Notes under the pieces: model-generated
The model's input: only the letters and a program-made list of their open reading frames with translations
Told to the model about the DNA's origin: nothing
Databases searched by the model: none
Shown here: piece by piece, positions 22,363 to 32,105 of the stretch
How positions within the stretch are numbered: the stretch's first letter is position 1
Layout of the letters: each line of letters opens with the position of its first letter
Position numbers and translations under genes: made by a program
Source of the DNA: Fusobacteriota bacterium
GTDB lineage: Bacteria; Fusobacteriota; Fusobacteriia; Fusobacteriales; JBNJFI01
Assembly (NCBI GenBank): GCA_051746725.1
Contig: JBNJFI010000006.1
Location: 1 to 47,215 of the forward strand
Direction of reading: 5' to 3'
Length of the DNA: 47,215 nt

Positions 22363-23010
22363 ATGAATTTAATTTTATTAGGAGGTCCCGGAGCAGGAAA
22401 AGGGACTCAAGCAAAAAAAATAATTAGTCAATATGATATCCCTCAAATATCTACAGGAGATATTTTAAGACAAGCTGTAAAAGATGAAACGGCTATGGGA
22501 ATGGAAGCAAAAAAGTATATGGATGATGGAAAACTTGTTCCTGATGATGTAATTGTTGGAATAATTGAGGATCGATTATCCAAAGATGACTGTAAAAAAG
22601 GGTTTATTTTAGATGGTTTTCCTCGAACAATACCACAAGCAGAAAGTTTAAATAGGGTATTAGAGGATTTAGAAAAGGAGTTAACAGCAGTAATATCATT
22701 TGAGGTGAGCGACGAAGAATTAGTTTCTAGGTTAACAGGGCGAAGAGTATGTAAGGAATGTGGAACTAGCTATCATGTTAAATTTAATCCCCCAGAAAAA
22801 GAAGGGGTTTGTGATGAATGTGGTGGCCAATTAATTACTAGGAAAGATGATAACAAAGAAACTGCTAAAAACCGAATTGAGGTATATAAGAAACAGACAT
22901 CTCCGCTAATCAATTATTATAAGAAAGAGAATAAACTGTATGAGGTTAATGGAGAAAGAGGCATTGAAAAAATTACAGAAGAAATTTTTGATATTTTGGA
23001 GAAAGCTTAG
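22363..23010 (+). CDS. adk: Adenylate kinase with 4-Cys zinc LID
   Basis: 'GGPGAGKGTQ', 'LDGFPRT', 'CKEC...CDEC'. Confidence 0.98.
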   Translation: MNLILLGGPGAGKGTQAKKIISQYDIPQISTGDILRQAVKDETAMGMEAKKYMDDGKLVPDDVIVGIIEDRLSKDDCKKGFILDGFPRTIPQAESLNRVLEDLEKELTAVISFEVSDEELVSRLTGRRVCKECGTSYHVKFNPPEKEGVCDECGGQLITRKDDNKETAKNRIEVYKKQTSPLINYYKKENKLYEVNGERGIEKITEEIFDILEKA

Positions 23011-23781
23011 ATGATTATATATAAAACTGCCCAGGAGATAGAAAAGATACGAGAAGCTAATCAAATAATAGCTACTCTTTTAGACAAAATATTACCAGAA
23101 AAGATTAGACCTGGGATCTCTACTTTTGATTTAGATAAGATTGCAGAGGATTATATTTTAAGTCAAGGGGCTAGACCTGGATTCAAAGGCTATAGAGTTG
23201 GACATTTAGCTTTTCCTAATACTCTATGTATATCAATAAATGATGAAGTGATACATGGTATTCCTTCAAAAAAGAGGATTTTAGTTGAAGGAGACATTGT
23301 AAGTATTGATGTTGGAACTATAATTGATGGATATTATGGAGATGCAGCTAGAACTTATCCTGTAGGCAAAATTACTAAAAAGGATGAAGATTTATTACAA
23401 GTGACTAAAAAAGCTTTAAAAATTGGAATAGAAAATGCAAGAGTTGGAAATCGGATTTCAGATATTGGACATGCGATACAAACTTATGTAGAAAAAGAGG
23501 GTTATTCTGTGGTTCGAGATTATTGTGGACACGGAGTTGGGAAAGCTTTACATGAAGATCCTCAAGTCCCTAATTTTGGAAAAAAAGGTAGAGGATCTAG
23601 AATTGAAAATGGGATGGTATTAGCAATAGAACCCATGGTAAATATAGGTTCTTATGAAGTTAAGACTCAAAAAGATGGATGGACAGCTGTAACTAAAGAT
23701 GGCAAAAGATCTGCTCATTTTGAAAATAGTGTTGCTATAGTCGATGGACAGGCGGTTATATTGAGTGCGAAGATTAACTAG
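23011..23781 (+). CDS. map: Type I methionine aminopeptidase
   Basis: 'HGIPS', 'GDIVSID', 'GHGVG', 'AIEPM', 'SAHFE'. Confidence 0.98.
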   Translation: MIIYKTAQEIEKIREANQIIATLLDKILPEKIRPGISTFDLDKIAEDYILSQGARPGFKGYRVGHLAFPNTLCISINDEVIHGIPSKKRILVEGDIVSIDVGTIIDGYYGDAARTYPVGKITKKDEDLLQVTKKALKIGIENARVGNRISDIGHAIQTYVEKEGYSVVRDYCGHGVGKALHEDPQVPNFGKKGRGSRIENGMVLAIEPMVNIGSYEVKTQKDGWTAVTKDGKRSAHFENSVAIVDGQAVILSAKIN

Positions 23782-23805
23782 TAGGTAAGAAAACCTAAAA
23801 AAAGG

Positions 23806-23834
23806 TGGACTTTTTGTTTATAATTTGATATCAT
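23806..23834 (+). promoter_or_regulatory. Internal promoter upstream of infA and the alpha operon
   Basis: TGGACT-17 bp-TATCAT with extended TG. Confidence 0.55.
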
Positions 23835-23860
23835 AGAAGAGATTGTTTAGGAGGAAAAAG

Positions 23861-24079
23861 ATGGCAAAGAAAGATGTAATAGAGGTTGAAGGTACAATTT
23901 TAGAAGCTTTACCAAATGCGATGTTTAAAGTAGAGTTAGAAAATGGACATGAGATTTTAGGACACATTTCAGGTAAAATGAGAATGCATTATATAAAAAT
24001 CCTTCCAGGGGATAAAGTTACAGTAGAAATGTCTCCTTATGATTTATCTAGAGGGAGAATTACATATAGAAAAAAATAA
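23861..24079 (+). CDS. infA: Translation initiation factor IF-1
   Basis: '[14 protein letters not shown]', 'SGKMR', '[10 protein letters not shown]'. Confidence 0.99.
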   Translation: MAKKDVIEVEGTILEALPNAMFKVELENGHEILGHISGKMRMHYIKILPGDKVTVEMSPYDLSRGRITYRKK

Positions 24080-24092
24080 AAAGGAGGATCAG

Positions 24093-24206
24093 ATGAAAGT
24101 TCGTGCATCAGTAAAACCAATTTGTGATAAATGCAAAATGGTTAGAAGAAACGGAAAATTAAGAGTTATATGTCCCAATCCAAAACATAAGCAACGACAA
24201 AAATAA
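24093..24206 (+). CDS. rpmJ: 50S ribosomal protein L36, zinc-binding type (absent from ORF track)
   Basis: Hand translation [46 protein letters not shown]. Confidence 0.98.
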   Translation: MKVRASVKPICDKCKMVRRNGKLRVICPNPKHKQRQK

Positions 24207-24209
24207 CAA

Positions 24210-24341
24210 AAAAGAAACTGTAAAGGTATGCTTGTTTTGGCCAAGAGAAAGGCAGCCTACAATTGTGTAGGGTATACTGAAGAAAGTATTTTAAGGCTTT
24301 TCCTAAAATATAAATAAAATATTTGAGAGGAGGAAATTTTA
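24210..24341 (+). promoter_or_regulatory. Candidate ribosomal-protein leader RNA upstream of rpsM
   Basis: 135-nt gap, richer in GC than other spacers, with CCTACA-loop-TGTAGG and TATTTTA/TAAAATA stems; position of alpha-operon S4-binding leaders. Confidence 0.45.
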
Positions 24342-24686
24342 ATGGCAAGAATTGCAGGAGTTGATTTACCTAGAAATAAAAGAGTAGTAATAGCATTGAC
24401 TTATATATTTGGTATTGGAAAGAGTTTATCTCAAGAAATATTAGAAAAGGCAGATATAGATGAAAATGTTAAAGCAAAAGAATTAACAGATACAGAGGCT
24501 AAAAAAATTCGGGAGATAATATCTGAAGACTATTTAGTAGAAGGTGAATTGAGAAAAGAAAAGAAAATGGCATTAAAGAGATTAAAAGAAATTAAATGCT
24601 ATAGGGGAATTAGACATATAAAAGGATTACCTGTTAGAGGGCAAAAAACAAAAAACAATGCTCAAACTAGAAAAAAAAGGCGATAG
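24342..24686 (+). CDS. rpsM: 30S ribosomal protein S13
   Basis: '[10 protein letters not shown]', 'YRGIRH', 'LPVRGQ'. Confidence 0.99.
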   Translation: MARIAGVDLPRNKRVVIALTYIFGIGKSLSQEILEKADIDENVKAKELTDTEAKKIREIISEDYLVEGELRKEKKMALKRLKEIKCYRGIRHIKGLPVRGQKTKNNAQTRKKRR

Positions 24687-24703
24687 GGATAGGAGGTATT
24701 TAA

Positions 24704-25084
24704 ATGGCAAAAAAGAAACGGAAAAAAAAGCAAAAAGTTCTTAAGGGAACTGCATATGTATATTCAAATTTTAATAATACAATAATCACAATTACAGATA
24801 AAGAAGGAAATGTTTTGACATGGAAGAGTTCTGGAACAGCTGGTTTTGAAGGGACTAAAAAAGGGACTCCATTTGCAGCGCAATTAGCAGCTGAACAAGC
24901 GGCTAAAGAGGCATCAGAAGTTTTTGGTATGGAATCTTTAAATGTAAAAGTTAAAGGACCAGGTTCAGGAAGAGAATCTTCAATTAGAGCATTAGAAGGT
25001 GTAGGAATGGATATTACAAGTATACAAGATGTAACTCCTATTCCTCATAATGGGTGTAGACCACCTAAGAAAAGAAGAGTATAA
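24704..25084 (+). CDS. rpsK: 30S ribosomal protein S11
   Basis: '[10 protein letters not shown]', 'TPFAAQ', '[14 protein letters not shown]'. Confidence 0.99.
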   Translation: MAKKKRKKKQKVLKGTAYVYSNFNNTIITITDKEGNVLTWKSSGTAGFEGTKKGTPFAAQLAAEQAAKEASEVFGMESLNVKVKGPGSGRESSIRALEGVGMDITSIQDVTPIPHNGCRPPKKRRV

Positions 25085-25107
25085 ATTTTGAAAGGAGGAT
25101 ATTGATA

Positions 25108-25689
25108 ATGGCTAGGAATAGACAACCGATAATGAAACAATGTAGAAAATTTGGAATTAGTCCTATGGTTTTAGGAATTAATAAAAAATCAAATAGACAA
25201 TCAGATGAAAGAAGAAAAATATCTGAATATGGAATTCAATTACAAGAAAAGCAAAAAGTTAAATTCATATATGGAATGTTAGAAAAGCAGTTTAATTTAT
25301 ACTATAAAGAGGCTGATAAAAGAGAAGGTGTTACAGGTGAGTTATTATTAACTTATTTAGAACAGCGATTGGATAATGTAGTATTTAGAGCTGGATTTGC
25401 TCAAACTAGAAAACAAGCTAGACAAATAGTAAATCATGGTCATATAGAAGTTAATGGTAAGAGGGTTAACATACCTTCATATAGAGTATCACAAGAAGAT
25501 ATTATATCTGTTAAAGAGAAATCTAAAAAACTAGATATAATAAAGGAAGCTGTTGGAAGTAGAAAGGCTCCTGCATGGTTAGAACTAGATGAAGAAAAAA
25601 TGCAAGTAAGAGTTGTTGAATTACCAAAGAAAGAGTATCTAGATTTCGAAGTAAACGAACAATTAATTGTAGAATTTTATTCTAGATAA
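25108..25689 (+). CDS. rpsD: 30S ribosomal protein S4
   Basis: 'SEYGIQLQEKQK', 'LEQRLDNVV', 'LIVEFYSR'. Confidence 0.98.
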   Translation: MARNRQPIMKQCRKFGISPMVLGINKKSNRQSDERRKISEYGIQLQEKQKVKFIYGMLEKQFNLYYKEADKREGVTGELLLTYLEQRLDNVVFRAGFAQTRKQARQIVNHGHIEVNGKRVNIPSYRVSQEDIISVKEKSKKLDIIKEAVGSRKAPAWLELDEEKMQVRVVELPKKEYLDFEVNEQLIVEFYSR

Positions 25690-25722
25690 TATAGGGGAGA
25701 TCCTTTTTTGAGGGGTGAGTTA

Positions 25723-26700
25723 ATGTTAAAAATTGAAAAGATAGCAAATGAAATAAAGATAAGAGAAGAAAGAGAAAGCGAATTTAAAACTAGTTACATA
25801 ATAGAACCTTTGTATCGTGGTTATGGGCATACAATAGGAAATTCTATTAGACGAGTACTTTTATCTTCTATTCCTGGAGCAGCAATAAAAGGAATGAAAA
25901 TAGAAGGGGTTTTAAATGAATTTTCAACTATTGATGGAGTTAAAGAAGCAGTAACTGATATAGTTTTAAATGTAAAAGAGATAGTTTTAAAGACAGAAAT
26001 TCCAGGAGAAAAGAAGATGAGTCTTTCTGTAAAGGGACCAAAAGTTGTAACAGCTGCCGATTTAGAATTGGATTCTGATTTAGAGTTAATAAATCCAGAA
26101 GCTGAGATAGCTACAATAACTTCAGATAGAGAGCTTGAGATGGAATTTTTAGTTGATACTGGCGAAGGATTTGTTTTATCTGAGGAGATAGATACTGATG
26201 ATTGGCCAGTTGGATATATAGCAGTTGATGCTGTATATACTCCAATTAAGAATATAAATTATAAAGTGGAAGACAAGATGGTTGGACGTGTAACTGATTT
26301 TGATAAATTAACTTTATTTATTGAAACAAATGGTGGTGTCGAGATAGAAGATGCACTTAGTTATGCAATAGAACTATTGGAAATGTATTTAGATCCTTTT
26401 TTAAACATTGGAGATAAGATGGAAGAAATGAGAAAAATGTTAGAAGAGGAAGAGGAAGAAGAGGAAGAAGAAGAGGAAGAAGAAACTACAGAAAATTTAA
26501 AAATAGAAGAATTAGACTTAACTGTTAGATCTTATAATTGCTTGAAAAAAGCTGAAATAGAAACTATAGGAAAACTTGCAGAATATAGTATTCCAGAATT
26601 ATTACAAATAAAAAATCTTGGAAGAAAATCTTTAACAGAGATAATTGAAAAAATGAAAGAGTATGGATATGAATTAAATAATGCATCTCTTGATGAGTAA
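25723..26700 (+). CDS. rpoA: RNA polymerase alpha subunit
   Basis: 'EPLYRGYGHTIGNSIRRVLLSSIPG', 'LTVRSYNCLK', 'NLGRKSL'; ATG 25723. Confidence 0.98.
   Translation: MLKIEKIANEIKIREERESEFKTSYIIEPLYRGYGHTIGNSIRRVLLSSIPGAAIKGMKIEGVLNEFSTIDGVKEAVTDIVLNVKEIVLKTEIPGEKKMSLSVKGPKVVTAADLELDSDLELINPEAEIATITSDRELEMEFLVDTGEGFVLSEEIDTDDWPVGYIAVDAVYTPIKNINYKVEDKMVGRVTDFDKLTLFIETNGGVEIEDALSYAIELLEMYLDPFLNIGDKMEEMRKMLEEEEEEEEEEEEEETTENLKIEELDLTVRSYNCLKKAEIETIGKLAEYSIPELLQIKNLGRKSLTEIIEKMKEYGYELNNASLDE
26443..26484 (+). repeat. (GAR)14 poly-glutamate tract in the RpoA linker
   Basis: 14 consecutive GAA/GAG codons. Confidence 0.95.
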
Positions 26701-26721
26701 TAAAGGAAAGAGGAGGTAGAG

Positions 26722-27072
26722 ATGAGACATAAAAAAGCTTATAGAACTTTAGGAAGAAGAAGTAAACATAGAAAAGCTATGTTACGAAATCTTACGACTT
26801 CTTTATTAAAAGAGGGAAGAATAGAGACAACAGTTACTAGAGCAAAAGAGTTGAGAAAATTTGCTGAAAGAATGATAACTCTAGGTAAAAAAGGAAGACT
26901 ACAAGATAGAAGAAAAGCTTTAGCTTTTTTGAATCACAAAGATATAGTTGGAATGTTATTTTCTGAAATTGCTCCAAAATATAGCGATAGAAATGGTGGA
27001 TATACGAGAATAATTAAGACAGCTGTTAGACGAGGCGATTCAGCAGAAATGGCAATAATAGAATTAGTATAA
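26722..27072 (+). CDS. rplQ: 50S ribosomal protein L17
   Basis: 'MRH', '[10 protein letters not shown]', 'RNGGYTRI'. Confidence 0.99.
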   Translation: MRHKKAYRTLGRRSKHRKAMLRNLTTSLLKEGRIETTVTRAKELRKFAERMITLGKKGRLQDRRKALAFLNHKDIVGMLFSEIAPKYSDRNGGYTRIIKTAVRRGDSAEMAIIELV

Positions 27073-27078
27073 ATTCTC

Positions 27079-27107
27079 AAAAAAAGACAGCTTAGCTGTC
27101 TTTTTTT
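27079..27107. terminator. Bidirectional intrinsic terminator
   Basis: A7-GACAGC-TTA-GCTGTC-T7. Confidence 0.9.
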
Positions 27108-27142
27108 GTTTTGAAAATATAATCGAAAATTAGATAATCTAG

Positions 27143-27171
27143 TTGACACAATCTATAAAAAATGATATTAT
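27143..27171 (+). promoter_or_regulatory. sigma70-type promoter of rpsB-tsf
   Basis: TTGACA-17 bp-TATTAT with extended TG; same architecture as the rpsL promoter. Confidence 0.85.
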
Positions 27172-27176
27172 ATAAT

Positions 27177-27248
27177 CACAAAGCACGATTTTGAATATTG
27201 AAAGTGGTGCCCTAATGAGGGTTCTTTCATAAAGAAAAAATCGGAAGA
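27177..27248 (+). ncRNA. rpsB leader (S2 autoregulatory, t44-like cis-RNA)
   Basis: Nested stems CGATTTT/AAAATCG, GAAAG/CTTTC and CCCT/AGGG, with the TGGTG internal loop able to pair with upstream GCAC. Confidence 0.7.
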
Positions 27249-27276
27249 AAAAAACCAAATCGAGGAGGAAATTAGT

Positions 27277-28020
27277 ATGGCAGTAGTAACAATGAAAAGA
27301 TTATTGGAAACAGGGATTCATTTTGGACATCAAACGAAACGGTGGAATCCTAAAATGGATAAGTTTATATTTACAAAGAGAAATGGTATTCATATTCTTG
27401 ATTTACATCAAACAATTAAGAATCTTGAAACTTCTTATAACAAAGTTAAAGATGTTGTAAGTAATGGTGGAAATGTTTTATTTGTGGGGACTAAAAGACA
27501 AGCTCAAGAAGGGCTTGAAAAAGCAGCAAAAAGATGTGGAATGCCTTATATTAGTAACAGATGGTTAGGTGGAATGTTAACTAATTATAAAACAATAAGC
27601 AAAAGAATAAAAAGACTAAAAGAGTTAGAAAAGATGGAAGAAGACGGAACACTAGAACTTCTACCAAATAAAGAGGAAGCTCAATTAAATAAAGAATTAA
27701 CTAAATTAAGAAGAAATCTTGGTGGGATTAAAGACATGAAAGGTATGCCTGAGCTTTTATTTGTTGTTGATACAGTAAATGAAGAAATAGCTGTAAAAGA
27801 AGCAAATAAATTGGGAATACCAGTAATAGCAATGGTGGATACTAATGTTGATCCTACAATGATAGATTATCCAATTCCTGCAAATGATGATGCAATAAGA
27901 GGTATTAATTTAATCTCTAAAGTTATTGCAGATGCAGTAGTTGAAGCTAATCAAGGAAAAGAAGAAGAAAAAGTTGAAGAAGATACAGAAACAAAAGAAG
28001 AAAGTTCACAAGAAAAATAA
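27277..28020 (+). CDS. rpsB: 30S ribosomal protein S2
   Basis: '[15 protein letters not shown]', 'RWLGGMLTN', 'PANDDAIR'. Confidence 0.99.
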   Translation: MAVVTMKRLLETGIHFGHQTKRWNPKMDKFIFTKRNGIHILDLHQTIKNLETSYNKVKDVVSNGGNVLFVGTKRQAQEGLEKAAKRCGMPYISNRWLGGMLTNYKTISKRIKRLKELEKMEEDGTLELLPNKEEAQLNKELTKLRRNLGGIKDMKGMPELLFVVDTVNEEIAVKEANKLGIPVIAMVDTNVDPTMIDYPIPANDDAIRGINLISKVIADAVVEANQGKEEEKVEEDTETKEESSQEK

Positions 28021-28040
28021 ATAAAATTAGGAGGATATAG

Positions 28041-28925
28041 ATGGCTGTAACAGCAAAATTAATTAAAGAATTAAGAGGGAAAACAGGAGCTGGAATGTTA
28101 AATTGCAAAAAAGCTCTAGTAGAAACAGATGGTAATATTGATGAAGCGATGGAATACCTTAGAAAAAAAGGTATAGCTAGTGCTGACAAAAAATCTGGAA
28201 GAGTAGCTGCTGAAGGAATAATATTAGATGCAGTATCTGAAGATAAGAAAAAAGGTGTTATATTAGAATTTAATAGTGAAACTGATTTTGTAGCTAAGGA
28301 AAAAAGTTTTACAGAATTTGTTCAAAAAGTAGCTGATCATATTTTAGAAAATGATTTTGAAACTGTTGAAGAATTAGAAGCTTCTGAAATGGGAGATAAA
28401 ACTGTAGAATTACAAGTAAAAGAATTAATTGCAAAAATAGGTGAAAACTTAAATATTAGAAGATTCAAAAAAGTTGAAGCTGAAGATGGATTTGTTTCTA
28501 CATATATACATTTAGGTGGAAAAATAGGTGTTATAATGGAAACAAAAGGTGAAGTAACTGATGATAATGAAGTTGTAGCAAAAGATGTAGCTATGCATGT
28601 TGCCGCAATGTCACCTAAATTTTTAGATAAAGATAATGTAGATCCAAAAGAAGTAGAAAAGGAAAAAGAACTATACAAAGAAGAAATGAGAAACTCAGGA
28701 AAGCCTGAACATATTTTAGATAAAATAGTTGAAGGAAAAATGAAAAAATACTATTCAGAAAATTGTCTTTTAGAACAAGAATTTGTAAAAGATTCTGATT
28801 TAACTGTATCTGAATATATTGATGGAAAAGTAGATATAATTAATTATACTAAATTCACATTAGGTGAAGGAATTGAAAAAAAAGAAGAAAATTTTGCAGA
28901 TGAAGTAAAAAAACAAATTGGATAA
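28041..28925 (+). CDS. tsf: Elongation factor Ts
   Basis: 'KTGAGMLNCKKAL', 'NSETDFVAK', 'MHVAAM'. Confidence 0.99.
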   Translation: MAVTAKLIKELRGKTGAGMLNCKKALVETDGNIDEAMEYLRKKGIASADKKSGRVAAEGIILDAVSEDKKKGVILEFNSETDFVAKEKSFTEFVQKVADHILENDFETVEELEASEMGDKTVELQVKELIAKIGENLNIRRFKKVEAEDGFVSTYIHLGGKIGVIMETKGEVTDDNEVVAKDVAMHVAAMSPKFLDKDNVDPKEVEKEKELYKEEMRNSGKPEHILDKIVEGKMKKYYSENCLLEQEFVKDSDLTVSEYIDGKVDIINYTKFTLGEGIEKKEENFADEVKKQIG

Positions 28926-28937
28926 TAAAAAAAAGAG

Positions 28938-29697
<760 letters not shown>

Positions 29698-29710
29698 GGG
29701 AGGAGAAATT

Positions 29711-30268
29711 ATGTCGAACAAAATTTTAAAACAAGTGGAAAAGGATATGGATGAAGCTATCGAACAAACAAAAGAAAAATTATCAGCAGTTAGAGCTGGG
29801 AATGCTAATATATCTATGTTAGATGGGATAATGGTTAATTCTTATGGAGTAGCAACACCTTTAAATCAAGTGGCAAATCTTTCAACTCCAGATGCTAAAA
29901 CTTTGGCAATAAGTCCTTGGGATAAAAGCATGATTAAAGAAATAGAAAAGGGAATTGAAAAATCTAATCTGGATTTATCACCATCAAATGATGGTAATAT
30001 TATAAGATTAACAATACCAGATTTGACAGCTGATAGACGAAAAGAATATCTTAAAATCGCTAAAAAGGAAACAGAAAACGGTAAAATTAAGATAAGAAAT
30101 ATTAGAAAAGAAGGAAACAACTTATATAGAGAGTTAGAAAAAGAGGGCGAAATAACAGAAGATGATCTTAAATTATATGAAGAAGATATTCAAGAATTAA
30201 CAGATAAGTATACAAAAAAGATAGAAGAGTTATATAAGATAAAGGAAAAAGATATAAAAACTATATAA
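29711..30268 (+). CDS. frr: Ribosome recycling factor
   Basis: 'TPLNQVA', 'PSNDG', 'IRNIRK'; operon order. Confidence 0.97.
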   Translation: MSNKILKQVEKDMDEAIEQTKEKLSAVRAGNANISMLDGIMVNSYGVATPLNQVANLSTPDAKTLAISPWDKSMIKEIEKGIEKSNLDLSPSNDGNIIRLTIPDLTADRRKEYLKIAKKETENGKIKIRNIRKEGNNLYRELEKEGEITEDDLKLYEEDIQELTDKYTKKIEELYKIKEKDIKTI

Positions 30269-30291
30269 TTCTGGAAAATATTTTTTAAATA

Positions 30292-30300
30292 TGATATAAT
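30292..30300 (+). promoter_or_regulatory. Extended -10 promoter for the ferredoxin gene
   Basis: TGATATAAT about 34 bp before the ATG; weak -35 (TGGAAA) at 17 bp. Confidence 0.6.
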
Positions 30301-30333
30301 TAAAAAAGAAAACATTCCAGGAGGTGAAGTAAA

Positions 30334-30507
30334 ATGGCATTTAAGATAGAAAAAGCAGACTGTATTGGATGTGGAGCATGTGCTGGGACTTGTCCAGTTG
30401 ATTGTATATCTGAAGTTGATGGGAAATATGAAATAGATGCAGATGCATGTATTGATTGTGGAGCATGTGCTGGGGTATGTCCAGTAAATTGTATAGAACA
30501 AGCGTAA
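30334..30507 (+). CDS. Clostridial-type 2[4Fe-4S] ferredoxin, 57 aa (absent from ORF track)
   Basis: MAFKIEKADCIGCGACAGTCPVDCISEVDGKYEIDADACIDCGACAGVCPVNCIEQA; two CxxCxxCxxxCP motifs; GGAGGTG RBS. Confidence 0.96.
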   Translation: MAFKIEKADCIGCGACAGTCPVDCISEVDGKYEIDADACIDCGACAGVCPVNCIEQA

Positions 30508-30516
30508 ATAAAAAAT

Positions 30517-30544
30517 CTCCCTTTAGTAAAAAGGGAGTTTTTTT
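30517..30544 (+). terminator. Intrinsic terminator after the ferredoxin
   Basis: CTCCCTTT-loop-AAAGGGAG followed by T7. Confidence 0.85.
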
Positions 30545-30583
30545 ATTTATGTTTTTAATATAAAAGATAAGTAGGGGGATAAA

Positions 30584-31291
30584 ATGTCAGATATAAAAAA
30601 TAAACCAAAGCATATAGCAATTATAATGGACGGAAATGGAAGATGGGCAAAAAAGCAAGGAAAACCGAGAACATATGGGCACAAAAAAGGGGTTGAAGTA
30701 GTAAGAAATATTTTGAAAGAGGCTAAACGTCAAGATATAAAATATTTAACTTTATATGCTTTTTCCACTGAAAATTGGAAGAGATCTAAATTTGAAGTTA
30801 AAGCCTTGATGACTCTTTTTAGTGCATATTTGAAAAAAGAAAAAAATGAACTTAATAAAGATAATGTGAAACTAGTTTTTTCTGGAACCGATGAAAATGT
30901 ATCAGATAAATTATTAAATGAGATGAATGAAACTGAAAAGTTTTTAGAAAATAATGACGATATAACTCTTAATATAGCTTTTAATTATGGAGGAAGAAGA
31001 GAGATAATCGACGGTATAAATGATATATTAAATGATGATTCTGTTGATAAAATAACTGAAGAGGGATTTAGAAAATACTTATATCATCCTGAAATACCTG
31101 ATCCTGAATTAGTAATTAGAACAGGTGGAGAGATGCGGGTAAGTAATTTTTTATTGTGGGAGATAGCATATTCAGAATTCCATATATGTGACAAATATTG
31201 GCCAGAATTTACAGAAGAAGATTTTCAACAGGCAATAAGAGATTTTACAAATAGAAACAGAAGATTTGGAGGAGAAAACAATGTTAGGTAG
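30584..31291 (+). CDS. uppS: Undecaprenyl diphosphate synthase
   Basis: 'HIAIIMDGNGRWA', 'YAFSTENWKR', 'RVSNFLLW'. Confidence 0.98.
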   Translation: MSDIKNKPKHIAIIMDGNGRWAKKQGKPRTYGHKKGVEVVRNILKEAKRQDIKYLTLYAFSTENWKRSKFEVKALMTLFSAYLKKEKNELNKDNVKLVFSGTDENVSDKLLNEMNETEKFLENNDDITLNIAFNYGGRREIIDGINDILNDDSVDKITEEGFRKYLYHPEIPDPELVIRTGGEMRVSNFLLWEIAYSEFHICDKYWPEFTEEDFQQAIRDFTNRNRRFGGENNVR

Positions 31292-32093
31292 AGTATTGGT
31301 AGCAATAATTTTTATTCCATTATTAATTTACATAATGCTTATGGGGAATTGGTCATTTTTATTATTTGTAGAAGTGGTAATAGGTTTTTCTCTATATGAA
31401 TTTTATAGGATATTAAATAATAAAGATATCAAAGTTTATAAAAAAACCGGTATTTTAATAGCTCTCTTAATTCCATTGGCTAATTATTCAGAGGAATTTG
31501 GGATATTTATAGATAAAGATATTCAGTATTTAATGATTATAATAACTATTATGTTTTTTATAATAAGGCAGGTCTTTTTTGGCGAAATAAAAGACGCTAT
31601 AGAAAGAATTTCATATACAGTTTTTGGAGTTTTATATGTTGGACTTATGTTTTCTCATATAATTTTCATAAAAAATATTCCAAATGGTAGATATTGGTTA
31701 TTGGCATTATTTTTATTAATATGGGCATCTGATTCAGCAGCTTATTTTGTCGGTATTAATTTTGGAAAAAATAAATTAGCCCCTAAAATAAGTCCAAACA
31801 AATCTATTGAAGGTGCTATTGGTGGAATTGTAGCTCCGGTACTATCAATGTTAATAATGAATTATATATTGCACTTTTTTGATATAGGAATATATCACAC
31901 AATTATTATTGGTTTACTAGTGGGAGTATTTGGTGAATTAGGAGATTTAGCAGAGTCATTATTTAAAAGGGAATTTGAAGTAAAAGACTCTGGCTCTATA
32001 CTTTTAGGACACGGAGGTATGTTAGATAGATTTGATAGTTTGTTATTTGTAATACCGGTGTTATATTATTATTTAGAGATTTTTGTTATATAA
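31281..32093 (+). CDS. cdsA: Phosphatidate cytidylyltransferase
   Basis: 'ISPNKSIEG', 'GDLAES', 'KDSG', 'GHGGMLDRFDS'. Confidence 0.97.
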   Translation: MLGRVLVAIIFIPLLIYIMLMGNWSFLLFVEVVIGFSLYEFYRILNNKDIKVYKKTGILIALLIPLANYSEEFGIFIDKDIQYLMIIITIMFFIIRQVFFGEIKDAIERISYTVFGVLYVGLMFSHIIFIKNIPNGRYWLLALFLLIWASDSAAYFVGINFGKNKLAPKISPNKSIEGAIGGIVAPVLSMLIMNYILHFFDIGIYHTIIIGLLVGVFGELGDLAESLFKREFEVKDSGSILLGHGGMLDRFDSLLFVIPVLYYYLEIFVI

Positions 32094-32105
32094 TAAGGAG
32101 GTTGT

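Noticed and set aside
30361..30485. 38-bp direct repeat resembling a two-repeat CRISPR
   Set aside because: It encodes the two Cys motifs of the ferredoxin; no cas genes or further repeats
30190..30501. 103-aa minus-strand ORF with an internal repeat (WT.PSTCST)
   Set aside because: Antisense shadow of the duplicated ferredoxin gene
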